NCBI GenBank assembly: GCA_964016885.1
Contig: CAXHJY010000397.1
Coordinates: 1-64,000 of the forward strand
Direction: 5' to 3'
From: Eledone cirrhosa
Lineage: Eukaryota
Length of the DNA: 64,000 bases
Positions within the stretch are counted from its first letter, which is position 1. Each line of letters opens with the position of its first letter. Under the pieces are notes generated by a model. It was not told the origin of the DNA. It saw only the letters and a list, made by a program, of their open reading frames with translations, and did not search any database. A program made the position numbers and the translations under genes. Below are positions 50,301-62,300 of this stretch, piece by piece.

Positions 50301-53300
50301 GCTTAGCTTAGGATAGCTTAGCTTAGCTTAGCTTAGGATAGCTTAGCTTAGCTTAGGATAGCTTAGCTTAGCTTAGCTTAGGATAGCTTAGCTTAGGATA
50401 GCTTAGGATAGCTTAGCTTAGGATAGCTTAGCTTAGGATAGCTTAGGATAGCTTAGCTTAGCTTAGCTTAGGATAGCTTAGCTTAGCTTAGCTTAGGATA
50501 GCTTAGCTTAGCTTAGGATAGCTTAGCTTAGCTTAGCTTAGGATAGCTTAGCTTAGCTTAGCTTAGGATAGCTTAGCTTAGCTTAGCTTAGGATAGCTTA
50601 GCTTAGGATAGCTTAGCTTAGGATAGCTTAGCTTAGGTTAGCTTAGCTTAGCTTAGGATAGCTTAGGATAGCTTAGCTTAGGATAGCTTAGCTTAGCTTA
50701 GCTTAGGATAGCTTAGCTTAGCTTAGCTTAGGATAGCTTAGCTTAGGATAGCTTAGGATTGCTTAGCTTAGCTTAGCTTAGGATAGCTTAGCTTAGCTTA
50801 GCTTAGGATAGCTTAGCTTAGCTTAGGATAGCTTAGCTTAGCTTAGCTTAGGATAGCTTAGCTTAGCTTAGCTTAGGATAGCTTAGCTTAGCTTAGCTTA
50901 GGATAGCTTAGCTTAGCTTAGCTTAGGATAGCTTAGCTTAGCTTAGGATAGCTTAGCTTAGCTTAGCTTAGGATAGCTTAGCTTAGCTTAGGATAGCTTA
51001 GCTTAGCTTAGCTTAGGATAGCTTAGCTTAGCTTAGCTTAGGATAGCTTAGCTTAGCTTAGCTTAGGATAGCTTAGCTTAGCTTAGCTTAGGATAGATTA
51101 GCTTAGCTTAGGATAGCTTAGCTTAGCTTAGCTTAGGAAAGCTTAGCTTAGCTTAGGATAGCTTAGCTTAGCTTAGCTTAGGAGAGCTTAGCTTAGCTTA
51201 GCTTAGGATAGCTTAGCTTAGCTTAGCTTAGGATAGCTTAGCTTAGCTTAGGTAGCTTAGCTTAGCTTAGCTTAGGATAGCTTAGCTTAGCTTAGCTTAG
51301 CTTAGGATAGCTTAGCTTAGCTTAGCTTAGGAGAGCTTAGCTTAGCTTAGCTTAGGATAGCTTAGGATAGCTTAGCTTAGGATAGCTTAGGATAGCTTAC
51401 CTTAGGAGAGCTTAGCTTAGGATAGCTTAGCTTAGGATAGCTTAGGATAGCTTAGCTTAGGATAGCTTAGCTTAGGATAGCTTAGCTTAGGATAGCTTAG
51501 GATAGCTTAGCTTAGCTTAGGATAGCTTAGCTTAGCTTAGCTTAGGATAGCTTAGCTTAGGTTAGCTTAGCTTAGCTTAGCTTAGCTTAGGATAGCTTAG
51601 CTTAGGATAGCTTAGGATAGCTTAGCTTAGGATAGCTTAGGATAGCTTAGCTTAGGATAGCTTAGGATAGCTTAGCTTAGGATAGCTTAGCTTAGGATAG
51701 CTTAGGATAGCTTAGCTTAGGATAGCTTAGGATAGCTTAGCTTAGGATAGCTTAGCTTAGGATAGCTTAGGATAGCTTAGATTAGCTTAGCTTAGGATAG
51801 CTTAGCTTAGCTTAGCTTAGGATAGCTTAGCTTAGCTTAGCTTAGCTTAGGATAGCTTAGCTTAGCTTAGGATAGCTTAGCTTAGCTTAGGATAGCTTAG
51901 CTTAGCTTAGCTTAGGATAGCTTAGCTTAGCTTAGCTTAGGATAGCTTAGCTTAGCTTAGCTTAGGATAGCTTAGCTTAGCTTAGCTTAGGATAGCTTAG
52001 CTTAGCTTAGCTTAGGATAGCTTAGCTTAGCTTAGCTTAGGATAGCTTAGCTTAGCTTAGCTCAGGATAGCTTAGCTTAGGATAGCTTATCTTAGCTTAG
52101 CTTAGGATAGCTTAGCTTAGCTTAGCTTAGGATAGCTTAGCTTAGCTTAGCTTAGGATAGCTTAGCTTAGCTTGGCTTAGGATAGCTTAGCTTAGCTTAG
52201 CTTAGGATAGCCTAGCTTAGCTTAGCTTAGGATGGCTTAGCTTAGCTTAGCTTAGGATAGCTTAGCTTAGCTTAGCATAGGATAGCTTAGCTTAGTTTAG
52301 GATAGCTTAGCTTAGCTAAGCTTAGCTTAGGATAGCTTAGGATAGCTTAGCTTAGGATAGCTTAGGATAGCTTAGCTTAGGATAGCTTAGCTTAGGATAG
52401 CTTAGCTTAGGATAGCTTAGGATAGCTTAGCTTAGGATAGCTTAGGATAGCTTAGCTTAGGATAGCTTAGGATAGCTTAGCTTAGGATAGCTTAGCTTAG
52501 GATAGCTTAGGAAAGCTTAGCTTAGCTTAGCTTAGGATAGCTTAGCTTAGCTTAGCTTAGGATAGCTTAGCTTAGCTTAGCTTAGGATAGCTTAGGATAG
52601 CTTAGCTTAGGATAGCTTAGGATAGCTTAGATTAGGATAGCTTAGCTTAGGATAGCTTAGCTTAGGATAGCTTAGGATAGCTTAGCTTAGGATAGCTTAG
52701 GATAGCTTAGCTTAGGATAGCTTAGCTTAGGATAGCTTAGGATAGCTTAGCTTAGCTTAGCTTAGGATAGCTTAGCTTAGCTTAGCTTAGGATAGCTTAG
52801 CTTAGCTTAGCTTAGCTTAGGATAGCTTAGCTTAGCTTAGGATAGCTTAGGATAGCTTAGCTTAGGATAGTTTAGGATAGCTTAGGATAGCTTAGCTTAG
52901 GATAGCTTAGGATAGCTTAGCTTAGGATAGCTTAGCTTAGGATAGCTTAGCTTAGCTTAGCTTAGGATAGCTTAGCTTAGGATAGCTTAGGATAGCTTAG
53001 CTTAGGATAGCTTAGCTTAGGATAGCTTAGGATAGCTTAGCTTAGCTTAGCTTAGCTTAGCTTAGCTTAGGATAGCTTAGCTTAGCTTAGCTTAGGATAG
53101 CTTAGCTTAGCTTAGGATAGCTTAGCTTAGCTTAGCTTAGGTAGCTTAGCTTAGCTTAGCTTAGGATAGCTTAGCTTAGCTTAGCTTAGGATAGCTTAGC
53201 TTAGCTTAGCTTAGGATAGCTTAGCTTAGCTTAGCTTAGGATAGCTTAGCTTAGCTTAGCTTAGGATAGCTTAGCTTAGCTTAGCTTAGGTTAGCTTAGC

Positions 53301-56300
53301 TTAGGATAGCTTAGTTTAGGTTAGCTTAGCTTAGCTTAGCTTAGCATAGCTTAGGATAGCTTAGCTTAGGATAGCTTAGCTTAGCTTAGGATAGCTTAGC
53401 TTAGCTTAGCTTAGGATAGCTTAGCTTAGCTTAGCTTAGGATAGCTTAGCTTAGGATAGCTTAGGATAGCTTAGCTTAGCTTAGCTTAGGATAGCTTAGC
53501 TTAGCTTAGCTTAGGATAGCTTAGCTTAGCTTAGGATAGCTTAGCTTAGCTTAGCTTAGGATAGCTTAGCTTAGCTTAGCTTAGGATAGCTTAGCTTAGC
53601 TTTGCTTAGGATAGCTTAGCTTAGCTTAGCTTAGGATAGCTTAGCTTAGCTTAGCTTAGGATAGCTTAGCTTAGCTTAGCTTAGGATAGCTTAGCTTAGC
53701 TTAGCTTAGGATAGCTTAGCTTAGCTTAGCTTAGGATAGCTTAGCTTAGCTTAGCTTAGGATCGCTTAGCTTAGCTTAGCTTAGGATAGCTTAGCTTAGC
53801 TTAGGATAGCTTAGCTTAGCTTAGCTTAGGATAGCTTAGCTTAGCTTAGGATAGCTTAGGATAGCTTAGCTTAGGAGAGCTTAGCTTAGCTTAGCTTAGG
53901 ATAGCTTAGCTTAGCTTAGCTTAGGATAGCTTAGCTTAACTTAGCTTAGGATAGCTTAGCTTAGCTTAGGATAGCTTAGCTTAGCTTAGCTTAGGATAGC
54001 TTAGCTTAGCTTAGCTTAGGATAGCTTAGCTTAGCTTAGCTTAGGATAGCTTAGGATAGCTTAGCTTAGGATAGCTTAGGATAGCTTACCTTAGGAGAGC
54101 TTAGCTTAGGATAGCTTAGCTTAGGATAGCTTAGGATAGCTTAGCTTAGGATAGCTTAGCTTAGGATAGCTTAGCTTAGGATAGCTTAGGATAGCTTAGC
54201 TTAGCTTAGCTTAGGATAGCTTAGCTTAGCTTAGCTTAGGATAGCTTAGCTTAGCTTAGCTTAGGATAGCTTAGCTTAGCTTAGCTTAGGATAGCTTAGG
54301 ATAGCTTAGCTTAGGATAGCTTAGGATAGCTTAGCTTAGGATAGCTTAGGATAGCTTAGCTTAGGATAGCTTAGCTTAGGATAGCTTAGCTTAGGATAGC
54401 TTAGGATAGCTTAGCTTAGGATATCTTAGGATAGCTTAGCTTAGGATAGCTTAGCTTAGGATAGCTTAGGATAGCTTAGCTTAACTTAGCTTAGGATAGC
54501 TTAGCTTAGCTTAGGATAGCTTAGCTTAGCTTAGCTTAGGATAGCTTAGCTTAGCTTAGCTTAGGATAGCTTAGGATAGCTTAGCTTAGGATAGCTTAGG
54601 ATAGCTTAGCTTAGGATAGCTTAGGATAGCTTAGCTTAGGATAGCTTAGCTTAGGATAGCTTAGCTTAGGATAGTTTAGGATAGCTTAGCTTAGCTTAGC
54701 TTAGGATAGCTTAGGATAGCTTAGCTTAGGATAGCTTAGGATAGCTTAGCTTAGGATAGATTAGGATAGCTTAGCTTAGGATAGCTTAGGATAGCTTAGC
54801 TTAGGATAGCTTAGCTTAGGATAGCTTAGCTTAGCTTAGGATAGCTTAGCTTGGGATAGCTTAGGATAGCTTAGCTTAGGATAGCTTAGCTTAGGATAGC
54901 TTAGGATAGCTTAGCTTAGCTTAGCTTAGGATAGCTTAGCTTAGCTTAGCTTAGGATAGCTTAGCTTAGCTTAGGATAGCTTAGCTTAGCTTAGCTTAGG
55001 ATAGCTTAGCTTAGCTTAGCTTAGGATAGCTTAGCTTAGCTTAGCTTAGGATAGCTTAGCTTAGCTTAGCTTAGGATAGCTTAGCTTAGCTTAGCTTAGG
55101 ATAGCTTAGCTTAGCTTAGCTTAGAATAGCTTAGCTTAGGATAGCTTAGCTTAGGATAGCTTAGCTTAGGATAGCTTAGGATAGCTTAGCTTAGGATAGC
55201 TTAGGATAGCTTAGCTTAGGATAGCTTAGCTTAGCTTAGCTTAGGATAGCTTAGCTTAGCTTAGGATAGCTTAGCTTAGCTTAGCTTAGGATAGCTTAGC
55301 TTAGGATAGCTTAGGAAAGCTTAGCTTAGCTTAGGATAGCTTAGCTTAGCTTAGCTTAGGATAGCTTAGCTTAGCTTAGGATAGCTTAGCTTAGCTTAGC
55401 TTAGGATAGCTTAGCTTAGCTTAGTTTAGGATAGCTTAGCTTAGCTTAGCTTAGGATAGCTTAGCTTAGCTTAGCTTAGGATAGCTTAGCTTAGCTTAGC
55501 TTAGGATAGCTTAGCTTAGGATAGCTTAGCTTAGCTTAGCTTAGGATAGCTTAGCTTAGCTTAGCTTAGGATAGCTTAGCTTAGGATAGCTTAGCTTAGC
55601 TTAGCTTAGGATAGCTTAGCATAGCTTAGCTTAGGATAGCTTAGCTTAGCTTAGCTTAGGATAGCTTAGCTTAGCTTAGCTTAGGATAGCTTAGCTTAGC
55701 TTAGCTTAGGATAGCTTAGCTTAGCTTAGCTTAGGATAGCTTAGCTTAGCTTAGCTTAGGATAGCTTAGCATAGCTTAGCTTAGGATAGCTTAGCTTAGC
55801 TTAGCTTAGGATAGATTAGCTTAGCTTAGGATAGCTTAGCTTAGCTTGGCTTAGGTTAGCTTAGCTTAGCTTGGCTTAGGATAGCTTAGCTTAGCTTAGC
55901 TTAGCTTAGGATAGCTTAGCTTAGGATAGCTTAGGATAGCTTAGCTTAGCTTAGCTTAGGATAGCTTAGCTTAGTTTAGGATAGCTTAGCTTAGCTTAGC
56001 TTAGGATAGCTTAGGATAGCTTAGCTTGGGACAGCTTAGGATAGCTTAGCTTAGGATAGCTTAGGATAGCTTAGCTTAGGATAGCTTAGGATAGCTTAGG
56101 TTAGGATAGCTTAGCTTAGGATAGCTTAGGATAGCTTAGCTTAGGATAGCTTAGGATAGCTTAGCTTAGAATAGCTTAGGATAGCTTAGCTTAGGATAGC
56201 TTAGCTTAGGATAGCTTAGGAAAGCTTAGCTTAGCTTAGCTTAGGATAGCTTAGCTTAGCTTAGCTTAGGATAGCTTAGCTTAGCTTAGCTTAGGATAGC

Positions 56301-56330
56301 TTAGGATAGCTTAGCTTAGGATAGCTTAGG
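43600..56330. repeat. Large (~12.7 kb) segmental copy of ~25.4-40.25 kb, lacking the internal 2034-bp duplication
   Basis: ATGAT 26769/44932 (offset 18163 = 16129 + 2034), AGCTG 30203/46332, AGGT 30598/46727, 32997/49111, 35166/51250, 37060/53139, AGGAA 40144/56218 (offsets 16074-16129). Confidence 0.88.
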
Positions 56331-59300
56331 ATAGCTTAGCTTAGGATAGCTTAGCTTAGGATAGCTTAGCTTAGGATAGCTTAGGATAGCTTAGCTTAGG
56401 ATAGCTTAGGATAGCTTAGCTTAGGATAGCTTAGCTTAGGATAGCTTAGGATAGCTTAGCTTAGCTTAGCTTAGGATAGCTTAGCTTAGCTTAGGATAGC
56501 TTAGCTTAGCTTAGCTTAGGATAGCTTAGGATAGCTTAGCTTAGGATAGCTTAGCTTAGCTTAGCTTAGGATAGCTTAGCTTAGCTTAGCTTAGGATAGC
56601 TTAGCTTAGCTTAGCTTAGGATAGCTTAGCTTAGCTTAGCTTAGGATAGCTTAGCTTAGGATAGCTTAGGATAGCTTAGCTTAGCTTAGCTTAGGATAGC
56701 TTAGCTTAGCTTAGCTTAGGATAGCTTAGCTTAGCTTAGGATAGCTTAGCTTAGCTTAGCTTAGGATAGCTTAGCTTAGCTTAGCTTAGGATAGCTTAGC
56801 TTAGCTTAGCTTAGGATAGCTTAGGATAGCTTAGGATAGCTTAGCTTAGCTTAGCTTAGGATAGCTTAGCTTAGCTTAGCTTAGGATAGCTTAGCTTAGC
56901 TTAGCTTAGGATAGCTTAGCTTAGCTTAGGATAGCTTAGCTTAGCTTAGCTTAGGATAGCTTAGCTTAGCTTAGCTTAGGATAGCTTAGCTTAGCTTAGC
57001 TTAGGATAGCTTAGCTTAGCTTAGGATAGCTTAGCTTAGCTTAGCTTAGGATAGCTTAGCTTAGGATAGCTTAGGATAGCTTAGCTTAGGATAGCTTAGC
57101 TTAGGATAGCTTAGGATAGCTTAGCTTAGCTTAGCTTAGGATAGCTTAGCTTAGCTTAGCTTAGGATAGCTTAGCTTAGCTTAGCTTAGGATAGCTTAGC
57201 TTAGCTTAGGATAGCTTAGCTTAGCTTAGCTTAGGATAGCATAGCTTAGCTTAGCTTAGGATAGCTTAGGATAGCTTAGCTTAGCTTAGCTTAGGATAGC
57301 TTAGCTTAGCTTAGCTTAGGATAGCTTAGCTTAGCTTAGCTTAGGATAGCTTAGCTTAGCTTAGGATAGCTTAGCTTAGCTTAGCTTAGGATAGCTTAGC
57401 TTAGCTTAGCTTAGGATAGCTTAGCTTAGGATAGCTTAGGATAGCTTAGCTTAGCTTAGCTTAGGATAGCTTAGCATAGCTTAGGATAGCTTAGCTTAGC
57501 TTAGGATAGCTTAGCTTAGCTTAGGATAGCTTAGCTTAGCTTAGCTTAGGATAGCTTAGCTTAGCTTAGCTTAGGATAGCTTAGCTTAGCTTAGCTTAGG
57601 ATAGCTTAGGATAGCTTAGCCTAGCTTAGCTTAGGATAGCTTAGCTTAGCTTAGCTTAGGATAGCTTAGCTTAGCTTAGCTTAGGATAGCTTAGCTTAGC
57701 TTAGCTTAGGATAGCTTAGCTTAGGATAGCTTAGCTTAGCTTAGTTTAGGATAGCTTAGCTTAGGATAGCTTAGCTTAGCTTAGGATAGCTTAGCTTAGC
57801 TTAGCTTAGGATAGCTTAGCTTAGCTTAGCTTAGGATAGCTTAGCTTAGCTTAGCTTAGGATAGCTTAGCTTAGCTTGGCTTAGGATAGCTTAGCTTAGC
57901 TTAGCTTAGGATAGCTTAGCTTAGCTTAGCTTAGGATAGCTTAGCTTAGCTTAGGATAGCTTAGCTTAATTTAGGATAGCTTAGCTTAGCTTGGCTTAGG
58001 ATAGCTTAGCTTAGCTTAGCTTAGGATAGCCTAGGATAGCTTAGGATAGCTTAGCTTTGCTTAGCTTAGGATAGCTTAGCTTAGCTTAGCTTAGGATAGC
58101 TTAGCTTAGCTTAGCTTAAGATAGCTTAGCTTAGCTTAGGATAGCTTAGCTTAGCTTAGCTTAGGATAGCTTAGCTTAGCTTAGCTTAGGATAGCTTAGC
58201 TTAGCTTAGCTTAGGATAGCTTAGCTTAGCTTAGCTTAGGATAGATTAGCTTAGCTTAGGATAGCTTAGCTTAGCTTAGCTTAGGAAAGCTTAGCTTAGC
58301 TTAGGATAGCTTAGTTTAGCTTAGCTTAGGAGAGCTTAGCTTAGCTTAGGATAGCTTAGCTTAGCTTAGCTTAGGATAGCTTAGCTTAGCTTAGCTTAGG
58401 TAGCTTAGCTTAGCTTAGCTTAGGATAGCTTAGCTTAGCTTAGCTTAGCTTAGGATAGCTTAGCTTAGCTTAGGAGAGCTTAGCTTAGCTTAGCTTAGGA
58501 TAGCTTAGGATAGCTTAGCTTAGGATAGCTTAGGATAGCTTACCTTAGGAGAGCTTAGCTTAGGATAGCTTAGCTTAGGATAGCTTAGGATAGCTTAGCT
58601 TAGGATAGCTTAGCTTAGGATAGCTTAGCTTAGGATAGCTTAGGATAGCTTAGCTTAGCTTAGCTTAGGATAGCTTAGCTTAGCTTAGCTTAGGATAGCT
58701 TAGCTTAGGTTAGCTTAGCTTAGCTTAGCTTAGCTTAGGATAGCTTAGCTTAGGATAGCTTAGGATAGCTTAGCTTAGGATAGCTTAGGATAGCTTAGCT
58801 TAGGAGAGCTTAGCTTAGGATAGCTTAGGATAGCTTAGCTTAGGATAGCTTAGGATAGCTTAGCTTAGGATAGCTTAGCTTAGGATAGCTTAGGATAGCT
58901 TAGCTTAGCTTAGCTTAGGATAGCTTAGCTTAGCTTAGCTTAGGATAGCTTAGCTTAGCTTAGCTTAGGATAGCTTAGCTTAGCTTAGCTTAGGATAGCT
59001 TAGGATAGCTTAGCTTAGGATAGCTTAGGATAGCTTAGCTTAGGATAGCTTAGGATAGCTTAGGATAGCTTAGCTTAGCTTAGCTTAGGATAGCTTAGCT
59101 TAGCTTAGCTTAGGATAGCTTAGCTTAGCTTAGCTTAGGATAGCTTAGCTTAGCTTAGGATAGCTTAGCTTAGCTTAGCTTAGGATAGCTTAGCTTAGCT
59201 TAGCTTAGGACAGCTTAGCTTAGCTTAGCTTAGGATAGCTTAGCTTAGCTTAGGATAGCTTAGCTTAGCTTAGCTTAGGATAGCTTAGCTTAGCTTAGCT

Positions 59301-62300
59301 TAGGATAGCTTAGCTTAGGATAGCTTAGCTTAGGATAGCTTAGCTTAGGTTAGCTTAGCTTAGCTTAGCTTAGGATAGCTTAGGATAGCTTAGCTTAGGA
59401 TAGCTTAGCTTAGCTTAGCTTAGGATAGCTTAGCTTAGCTTAGCTTAGGATAGCTTAGCTTAGCTTAGCTTAGGATAGCTTAGCTTAGCTTAGCTTAGGA
59501 TAGCTTAGCTTAGGATAGCTTAGGATAGCTTAGCTTAGCTTAGCTTAGGATAGCTTAGCTTAGCTTAGCTTAGGATAGCTTAGCTTAGCTTAGGATAGCT
59601 TAGCTTAGCTTAGCTTAGGATAGCTTAGCTTAGCTTAGCTTAGGATAGCTTAGCTTAGCTTAGCTTAGGATAGCTTAGGATAGCTTAGGATAGCTTAGCT
59701 TAGCTTAGCTTAGGATAGCTTAGCTTAGCTTAGCTTAGGATAGCTTAGCTTAGCTTAGCTTAGGATAGCTTAGCTTAGCTTAGGATAGCTTAGCTTAGCT
59801 TAGCTTAGGATAGCTTAGCTTAGCTTAGCTTAGGATAGCTTAGCTTAGCTTAGCTTAGGATAGCTTAGCTTAGCTTAGGATAGCTTAGCTTAGCTTAGCT
59901 TAGGATAGCTTAGCTTAGGATAGCTTAGGATAGCTTAGCTTAGGATAGCTTAGCTTAGGATAGCTTAGGATAGCTTAGCTTAGCTTAGCTTAGGATAGCT
60001 TAGCTTAGCTTAGCTTAGGATAGCTTAGCTTAGCTTAGGATAGCTTAGCTTAGCTTAGCTTAGGATAGCTTAGCTTAGCTTAGCTTAGGATAGCTTAGGA
60101 TAGCTTAGCTTAGCTTAGCTTAGGATAGCTTAGCTTAGCTTAGCTTAGGATAGCTTAGCTTAGCTTAGCTTAGGATAGCTTAGCTTAGGATAGCTTAGCT
60201 TAGGATAGCTTAGCTTAGGTTAGCTTAGCTTAGCTTAGCTTAGGATAGCTTAGGATAGCTTAGCTTAGGATAGCTTAGCTTAGCTTAGCTTAGGATAGCT
60301 TAGCTTAGCTTAGCTTAGGATAGCTTAGCTTAGGATAGCTTAGGATTGCTTAGCTTAGCTTAGCTTAGGATAGCTTAGCTTAGCTTAGCTTAGGATAGCT
60401 TAGCTTAGCTTAGGATAGCTTAGCTTAGCTTAGCTTAGGATAGCTTAGCTTAGCTTAGCTTAGGATAGCTTAGCTTAGCTTAGCTTAGGATAGCTTAGGA
60501 TAGCTTAGGATAGCTTAGCTTAGCTTAGCTTAGGATAGCTTAGCTTAGCTTAGGATAGCTTAGCTTAGCTTAGCTTAGGATAGCTTAGCTTAGCTTAGGA
60601 TAGCTTAGCTTAGCTTAGCTTAGGATAGCTTAGCTTAGCTTAGCTTAGGATAGCTTAGCTTAGCTTAGCTTAGGATAGCTTAGCTTAGCTTAGCTTAGGA
60701 TAGCTTAGCTTAGCTTAGGATAGATTAGCTTAGCTTAGGATAGCTTAGCTTAGCTTAGCTTAGGAAAGCTTAGCTTAGCTTAGGATAGCTTAGCTTAGCT
60801 TAGCTTAGGAGAGCTTAGCTTAGCTTAGCTTAGGATAGCTTAGCTTAGCTTAGCTTAGGATAGCTTAGCTTAGCTTAGCTTAGGTAGCTTAGCTTAGCTT
60901 AGCTTAGGATAGCTTAGCTTAGCTTAGCTTAGCTTAGCTTAGGATAGCTTAGCTTAGCTTAGCTTAGGAGAGCTTAGCTTAGCTTAGCTTAGGATAGCTT
61001 AGGATAGCTTAGCTTAGGATAGCTTAGGATAGCTTACCTTAGGAGAGCTTAGCTTAGGATAGCTTAGCTTAGGATAGCTTAGGATAGCTTAGCTTAGGAT
61101 AGCTTAGCTTAGGATAGCTTAGCTTAGGATAGCTTAGGATAGCTTAGCTTAGCTTAGCTTAGGATAGCTTAGCTTAGCTTAGCTTAGGATAGCTTAGCTT
61201 AGGTTAGCTTAGCTTAGCTTAGCTTAGCTTAGGATAGCTTAGCTTAGGATAGCTTAGGATAGCTTAGGATAGCTTAGCTTAGGATAGCTTAGCTTAGGAT
61301 AGCTTAGGATAGCTTAGCTTAGGATAGCTTAGGATAGCTTAGCTTAGGATAGCTTAGCTTAGGATAGCTTAGGATAGCTTAGCTTAGCTTAGCTTAGGAT
61401 AGCTTAGCTTAGCTTAGCTTAGGATAGCTTAGCTTAGCTTAGGATAGCTTAGCTTAGCTTAGCTTAGGATAGCTTAGGATAGCTTAGCTTAGGATAGCTT
61501 AGGATAGCTTAGCTTAGGATAGCTTAGGATAGCTTAGGATAGCTTAGCTTAGCTTAGCTTAGGATAGCTTAGCTTAGCTTAGCTTAGGATAGCTTAGCTT
61601 AGCTTAGCTTAGGATAGCTTAGCTTAGCTTAGGATAGCTTAGCTTAGCTTAGCTTAGGATAGCTTAGCTTAGCTTAGCTTAGGACAGCTTAGCTTAGCTT
61701 AGCTTAGGATAGCTTAGCTTAGCTTAGGATAGCTTAGCTTAGCTTAGCTTAGGATAGCTTAGCTTAGCTTAGCTTAGGATAGCTTAGCTTAGGATAGCTT
61801 AGCTTAGGATAGCTTAGCTTAGGTTAGCTTAGCTTAGCTTAGCTTAGGATAGCTTAGGATAGCTTAGCTTAGGATAGCTTAGCTTAGCTTAGCTTAGCAT
61901 AGCTTAGCTTAGCTTAGCTTAGGATAGCTTAGCTTAGCTTAGCTTAGGATAGCTTAGCTTAGCTTAGCTTAGGATAGCTTAGCTTAGGATAGCTTAGGAT
62001 AGCTTAGCTTAGCTTAGGATAGCTTAGCTTAGCTTAGCTTAGGATAGCTTAGCTTAGCTTAGGATAGCTTAGCTTAGCTTAGCTTAGGATAGCTTAGCTT
62101 AGCTTAGCTTAGGATAGCTTAGCTTAGGATAGCTTAGGATTGCTTAGCTTAGCTTAGCTTAGGATAGCTTAGCTTAGCTTAGCTTAGGATAGCTTAGCTT
62201 AGCTTAGGATAGCTTAGCTTAGCTTAGCTTAGGATAGCTTAGCTTAGCTTAGCTTAGGATAGCTTAGCTTAGCTTAGCTTAGGATAGCTTAGGATAGCTT

